Origin: Clostridia bacterium
Lineage (GTDB): Bacteria; Bacillota; Clostridia; JAAYHZ01
Reading direction: 5' to 3'
DNA length: 64,000 nucleotides
Assembly: GCA_050950825.1 (NCBI GenBank)
Contig: JBMNIH010000002.1
Coordinates: forward strand, 520,210-584,209
Positions 58,723 to 64,000 of this stretch are shown piece after piece. The position numbers and the translations under genes were made by a program. The number at the start of each line of letters is the position of its first letter. Position 1 is the first letter of the stretch. Below the pieces are notes generated by a model, which was given only the letters and a program-made list of their open reading frames with translations, was not told the DNA's origin and searched no databases.

Positions 58723-60966
58723 TTAAAGGACACCTTGTACACGTTGATACCGTTTAAAAGATAAAAGTTTCCGTAGTTGTCCGTAACGTGACCCCATCCC
58801 ACGTTTTCCGCAATCGGATAGGCCTTCATGTCTTGGAGGGATACGTACTAAAGGGTTTTCGTGTATGCACAGGAGGCGAATATACAGTTTTCGTCTCCGG
58901 GAGTCAGCTTGAACTCTCTCCAGGTTTGGTTGTTGCACAGGATATCCTGCTGCTTGTAAGCGATAAACTCTCTTTTTTCCGTATCGAAGCAAAATAGATA
59001 ATTGTAAGCGAACCCCCAAAGATTGCCGTCCCCTGCGATAGTCAAAGCCGTAATAGCGGCTACGTTTCTCATGGGAAGCTCGTATTCCGTAAAGGTATCT
59101 TGTGCGATATCGTAAGCTAAAAGCTTTGCTTCCCAAGCCTTCGCATCGGTTCCGTACCCTGCTCTCCGATGTCGTACCGATATAGATAATCCCGTCTTTA
59201 TACGCCATGGACACACCGCTTTGATACTTTACGGGAAAAGCGATGTGTTTTTTAACGGTATTCGTGCTTGCTTGAATCAAAGCCATCGCTCCGGTATAGG
59301 AGTTTTGTGCCGGAACCGTGCATATGGCGACAAGGTTTTCTTCGGGAATGGAAAGGAACGTATAGGGTCGATCCTGAAGCTCGTAATCCGGAATTTCGGA
59401 AGAGCTCCCCATATTTAAAACGGTCTTTGACATCCACAGCTTTACGCTCGCGGGACCGTAATGAATCGTCGCATTCGGATAGGTTCCGTAGTAGATCATA
59501 TTGTCGTAAGCCGTCATTCCCTCTTGCTGGTTCAATGCATTAAAGAGTGCGCTTTCCCCCGTTTTAATGTCAAAAAAGCCGGTACTTCCGCCGTATCCTC
59601 CCGCCGATACACAAAATCCCGGATTTGGAGACGGTCAAGCAATTAGGTTCATTGGGTTGTCCGCTCACATTGGTGTCTCTTGTGTAATTAATGCCCGTTT
59701 GCAGGTTCGAGAACTGAATTTTTCCGCTGCCGCCGAACATGCTGCAGGCGGACCAGCCTTCGTATTTTTCTCCTAGCTTTAAAAATACCATGCGGGTATG
59801 TGCATTCGCCATTGTTCTTGTCGTTGAATAGGTTCGGGATACCGTATCGAATAACACCAGTCGATCCGCAATTACCGTATAGAATTTCGTCGGGTCCTCC
59901 GGATCCGCGGCTCCTTGGCGGCAGTTGGTTTTTATGACCTTATATGATGAACCGGTTAATTCGTCTTTGAATTCTACCGTTTCCTCCTTGCGGATATCAA
60001 AAAATATCATCTCATAGGTGTTGGGATAACGGATAGCCAAAATATCTCCGTAAATGTCCATGTCATAAAAGTTATACTTTACCGCGTCCCTATATTCCTC
60101 GGGCGTAATATCCTTCTTTTCAAAGGTTACAGGATCCACTCGAAACAGATAATTCTTCGAGTCTTTCGACAGTACGGAAAACGTAAAGCTTTTTATCTAC
60201 GGGATCATATGCCGTCGCAAAATATCGGGTTGCATTATCAATAAGGGCGGGCATGGCGAACAGCTCTTTTTTATTCGGATCGTATCCCCAATAGGTAGGA
60301 GAATCGGTGCTGCCGGAATAGACGATTCCGTTTTCCCCCTTCGCACATCACTTGGCCCATGCTGGAGCCTGCAGGAAGAGGGCCTATGTTTTCGATTTCG
60401 TCTTTATCGCGATTGTATATGTAAAAGTACGGTTTGCCGTGACCGGATATGTACACGTTTTCCGACGAATGGACAAATACCTCCCACGCGCCGGTACTGT
60501 ATTCCAAGTCGAATTCACGCAGGATTTCACCCGTCGCCGCATTTGCGATGACGAACTTTGCATAAGGATTTCCGTCGGTTACAAAATACAGGACAGGAGT
60601 TCCGTCTTTATAGTACCCCCCGTCGTTCATACGTATATAGACGGTTTTCGTAAAGCTCCCTAAGTTTTCAATAATCGGCTTGTCATCAGGGGTCGGTATA
60701 TAGGGTACCGCATCCTCGTATTTTACCGGCACGGGTTCCGAAGCGGAAGACTCGACGGCTTCGCCCTCTTCCCGGGCTGTCGTTTCTTCGGTTTGCGCCG
60801 GAGTCGATTCCGGGGCCTTTGTTTCGATCGGAAGATTTTCGTCGGAAATTTCTTGGGTACAAGAAGTTATTAATAAAAACATGGAAAAAACAATTATCAG
60901 GCCAAGCATAATTTTTGCACCTTGCTTCCTTTGCATCTTTTCTTTTTCTTTACCGGTTGTTATCAT
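58723..60966 (-). pseudogene. Beta-propeller-like lipoprotein broken by at least five frameshifts
   Basis: Lipobox LITSC, acidic linker, then repeated blade-like strands (VYISG, IYYGTYP, IYIGT, GNLWG) spread over ORFs 60271-60966, 59570-60139, 58723-59535 and 58848-59216. Confidence 0.7.
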
Positions 60967-60988
60967 GCGTATAAGCCTCCTTTGGTCT

Positions 60989-61444
60989 TCATTTATACTC
61001 GATTCGTAACGCCTCTTCGTCGTTCCACGGTCCGAATGCCTCCGAGTACTTGTCTTCTAAAAACACGGGAAGATACAAGGGCATCCCGTTTTCGGAAGGC
61101 GTGTTTCTCAATTCATCGATAGTGATCCATAAATTTTTGCCTTCGTCGCTTTCTTCTTTCAGAACACCCGAAAAATCTTCCGTTTTGTAGAGAAAAACAA
61201 TGTATCTCTCAAAGGTCTTCGTATTCAGCCAGTGGATAACGCCGCAATATTCTAAGTTCTTCACGACAAGTCCGGTCTCCTCCCTTACTTCACGTATCGC
61301 GCTGTCGACAAAGCTTTCGTCATTTTCTACATGCCCCCCGGGAAAGGACAAGCCCTTCCAGCTTTTTATTCGGTCCTGTACAAGAACCTTTCCCGTAGTC
61401 TTATCCCGTATCATCACCATGTTGGTCAGCGTAACTTTACTCAT
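60989..61444 (-). CDS. NUDIX hydrolase (MutT/8-oxo-dGTPase-like)
   Basis: FPGGHVENDESFVDSAIREVREETGL; SDEGKNLW. Confidence 0.9.
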   Translation of the reverse strand: MSKVTLTNMVMIRDKTTGKVLVQDRIKSWKGLSFPGGHVENDESFVDSAIREVREETGLVVKNLEYCGVIHWLNTKTFERYIVFLYKTEDFSGVLKEESDEGKNLWITIDELRNTPSENGMPLYLPVFLEDKYSEAFGPWNDEEALRIEYK

Positions 61445-61553
61445 GTTACCTCCACCGATGTATAAGAATTGAAAAGGCAGACATTTGTTTGCCTGCCCTT
61501 ATATTATATACTATATATTCTATATATTCTCCGGATACCTTTACTTTTCTGCT

Positions 61554-62438
61554 TTATTCCTTTTTAACAATTTCGGTTAAAGCGGTTGCCAATCCGGCAA
61601 GGCCTTGGATTTCCGAAGGTATAATGATTTTTGTCGCTTTACCGTCTGCAACATCCTTCAACGCTTCCAATCCTCTTAACGCCAATACCGCTTGGGAGGG
61701 ATTCGCTTCGTTCAACATCCGAACACCCTCGGCTATGGCCTTTTGGACTTCCAAAATCGCTTGGGCTTCCCCTTCCGCTTTTCGGATAGCCGCTTCTTTT
61801 GCCGCTTCCGCTCTTAAAATAGCCGCTTCTTTTTCCCCTTCCGCTATTAAAATCTGGGATTTTTTCTCGCCCTCCGCCCTCAAAATGGCTTCACGGCGTT
61901 CTCTTTCGGCTCTCATCTGCTTTTCCATGGCGTCTTGGATGTCCTTCGGAGGCATAATGTTTTTAACCTCCACCCGATTCACCTTGATACCCCACGGGTC
62001 CGTGGCTTCGTCCAAAATGGAACGCATTTTTGCATTAATCAGGTCACGAGATGTAAGCGTATCGTCTAATTCCAAGTCGCCGATAATGTTTCTTAATGTC
62101 GTAGCCGTCAGGTTTTCAATGGCGGTCATGGGCCGTTCGATACCGTACGTATACAGCTTCGGGTCGGTTATTTGGTAATAAACGACCGTATCGATCTGCA
62201 TGGTTACGTTATCTTTTGTGATAACCGGCTGCGGTGCAAAATCGGCCACCCTTTCTTTTAAGGAAACGACAGACGCTATCTTGTCAATCAAGGGAATCTT
62301 CACATGCAAGCCGGTCTCCCATGTCCCGTTATAGGCACCTAAACGTTCAATGACATATGCCTTGGCCTGCGGAACAACTCGAATGTTTGTGAAAACCAAT
62401 ACGATAGCAATAAACCCTAAGATAATCCATATCCACAT
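61554..62438 (-). CDS. SPFH/stomatin-like (QmcA-type) membrane protein
   Basis: VIERLG, QPVITKDNV, TTLRNIIG, WGIKVNRVE and QMRAERERR motifs. Confidence 0.93.
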   Translation of the reverse strand: MWIWIILGFIAIVLVFTNIRVVPQAKAYVIERLGAYNGTWETGLHVKIPLIDKIASVVSLKERVADFAPQPVITKDNVTMQIDTVVYYQITDPKLYTYGIERPMTAIENLTATTLRNIIGDLELDDTLTSRDLINAKMRSILDEATDPWGIKVNRVEVKNIMPPKDIQDAMEKQMRAERERREAILRAEGEKKSQILIAEGEKEAAILRAEAAKEAAIRKAEGEAQAILEVQKAIAEGVRMLNEANPSQAVLALRGLEALKDVADGKATKIIIPSEIQGLAGLATALTEIVKKE

Positions 62439-62498
62439 AATTACAACGCTCCTCTCAATCTGAAATCCGTAATATAGAAGGCCGAAAAATTCGGTCCA

Positions 62499-62927
62499 TT
62501 ATATCCTTTTCACTACAAGCTTTACTCCTTCAACGGCAACCACTTCCACTTCCGTATCCTTTTCGATCGGTTCCGAATCGACACTTACGGCCGTCCATAT
62601 TTGTCCGCCTACCTTCACCTGACCTCTGTCGTTTTCGGGTATCGGCACGGTTACGACGCCGGTTTTACCGATGATGGCATTTACGTTGGTCTTCGTATGT
62701 CCGACTTTCAAGTATTTTACCGCAATAGGTCTTGTGAAAATCAGCAGTACAAAGGACACAATTAAAAAGATGATAATTTGAACCTCAATACCCCAACCGA
62801 TAGCGGCTGCCAAAATGGCAAACAAGGCACCGATGGCAAACCATGTTGTCGTGAGCCCTAGCGTTGCCGCTTCAATGATTAATAACAACACAATCAACCC
62901 GATCCATATATAAATGATTTGCTGCAT
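62499..62927 (-). CDS. NfeD-family protein
   Basis: Three TMs plus an OB fold (IGKTGVV..GQVKVGGQIWTA..VEGVKLVV); upstream of the SPFH gene. Confidence 0.92.
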   Translation of the reverse strand: MQQIIYIWIGLIVLLLIIEAATLGLTTTWFAIGALFAILAAAIGWGIEVQIIIFLIVSFVLLIFTRPIAVKYLKVGHTKTNVNAIIGKTGVVTVPIPENDRGQVKVGGQIWTAVSVDSEPIEKDTEVEVVAVEGVKLVVKRI

Positions 62928-63010
62928 AAACCGGACTCCTTTTCGATAGACTTCCTCTCATTTCATTTTATTATATCCCCTCCGATATTACAACTCCATA
63001 TAAAAAAGGA

Positions 63011-64000
63011 TAGTGTCAACTTACTGTAGGGAAAAAATGAATAGATGACATCCTGAATTTTTGTTAGAGCAACACTACTATGGGAATGCTGCTAATAGCA
63101 AGAATCCCTCATATAATCTGCCGGATAGAGCAGACTCTTCACGTGTTCGTGGTTGTTGTCTACCCAATTATATCACATCAACATCACCTTTTGTAAGAAG
63201 TCGGGTTTTCCCTACAATCTTATCCACACAAACCTCTTAACCATTTCAATTCATTGTATAAACCGGTTTTATGCCCTTTCGCAAGAACCGTTAGTTTACT
63301 GTTCCATACATTCTCATAACCGCTTGATAATCTCCTTAATTCTTTTATCAGTATTTCTTGTTCTTCTCGTTTTTTGACCGCTGCTTTTCTTCGCTTTTGT
63401 GCCATAACCAAGTCATATACCCTTCCGCCGTTCTTTGTATAGATCAATAACTTCGACATCTTTTCTACACCGATTTTAGACCATCCTCTGGGGCGTGTAC
63501 TCAAACGATCGGAATATACATGACTTATATGACCTTCCGCACTACAGCCGACAATTTCAGCCCCCTTGTCTTTTTTTATTTTTATCCCGTCCCAATTATT
63601 TAATATATATCGCTTTGCACCTTTTATGGTTTCCAGTTTGCTATCATTGCTTGTCAATTCAATTATTTTTTCAAATGTCTCCTTCACTTTGTTTTTATCG
63701 GCATGGTTTATCGCTTCCTCCAGTTCTTGCCGTATCGTTCTGTCATCCAAATGAGCCGTTGCTTGTTTAATGTATTTTTTTAGATGGAAGTTATCCAACA
63801 CAAACTTACTCTTTGGCAGCCAATTCAGACCATTCTTAATCCATGAAGCTCCGTCACCCGATAAGTATATGGTTTCCAAGCATTCGACATCGTACTGTTC
63901 GTCTATGTAGTCCGCCACTTTAATCCAAAGATCATCCGTGTTTTCACATATTTCTCCGAAATAGCGGACATTCTTTAATACATTTCTGTTTTTGCTGCTT
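63011..64000 (-). mobile_element. ISLre2-family insertion sequence, 3' part (continues beyond the window)
   Basis: UPF0236-type transposase followed by ~200 nt of non-coding DNA and a probable end TTTTTTCCCTACAGTAAGTTGACACTA. The partner end is outside the window, so the boundary is approximate. Confidence 0.78.
63220..64000 (-). CDS. ISLre2-family (UPF0236) transposase, 5'-partial
   Basis: SGDGASWIK, LDNFHL, YILNNWDGI and GCSAEGHISHVYSDRLSTRPRGWS motifs. Confidence 0.9.
   Translation of the reverse strand, partial: SSKNRNVLKNVRYFGEICENTDDLWIKVADYIDEQYDVECLETIYLSGDGASWIKNGLNWLPKSKFVLDNFHLKKYIKQATAHLDDRTIRQELEEAINHADKNKVKETFEKIIELTSNDSKLETIKGAKRYILNNWDGIKIKKDKGAEIVGCSAEGHISHVYSDRLSTRPRGWSKIGVEKMSKLLIYTKNGGRVYDLVMAQKRRKAAVKKREEQEILIKELRRLSSGYENVWNSKLTVLAKGHKTGLYNELKWLRGLCG

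Noticed and set aside
61489-62178. 229-aa plus-strand ORF and similar long antisense ORFs (e.g. 1173-1955, 31319-31936, 38074-38736)
   Set aside because: They are shadow frames opposite well-supported genes and have no recognisable motifs.
1-64000. tRNA or rRNA genes, prophage, known anti-phage systems
   Set aside because: No cloverleaf, rRNA-like, phage structural or recognisable defence motifs were seen on reading.

Overview
This window looks like chromosomal DNA from a spore-forming Clostridia-type Firmicute (SplB-like lyase, cotJ operon, SleB-like hydrolase, sigma-A promoters, AGGAGG ribosome-binding sites). The left and middle thirds are mostly housekeeping and metabolism. They include a cobalamin riboswitch controlling an ABC importer, tandem family-4 uracil-DNA glycosylases, trmL-rsmD-coaD, a split transketolase, tatD, a frameshifted glnA, rubredoxin, a glycosylation cluster and cotJABC. 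Mobile DNA comprises an unusual IS30-family element (13-bp target duplication, 20-bp subterminal repeats, ~500-nt structured leader) interrupted by an IS3-family element, plus an ISLre2-family element cut by the right edge. The right third is an accessory surface-protein region. It holds five copies (one intact, four broken) of an orphan solute-binding-like lipoprotein with alternating conserved and variable blocks, a 3038-aa Fn3/Ig/beta-rich membrane-anchored protein, and a multiply frameshifted beta-propeller lipoprotein. Most of the resolvable frameshifts are +1 homopolymer expansions clustered in a few genes. All family calls come from motif recognition by eye; no database search was run.
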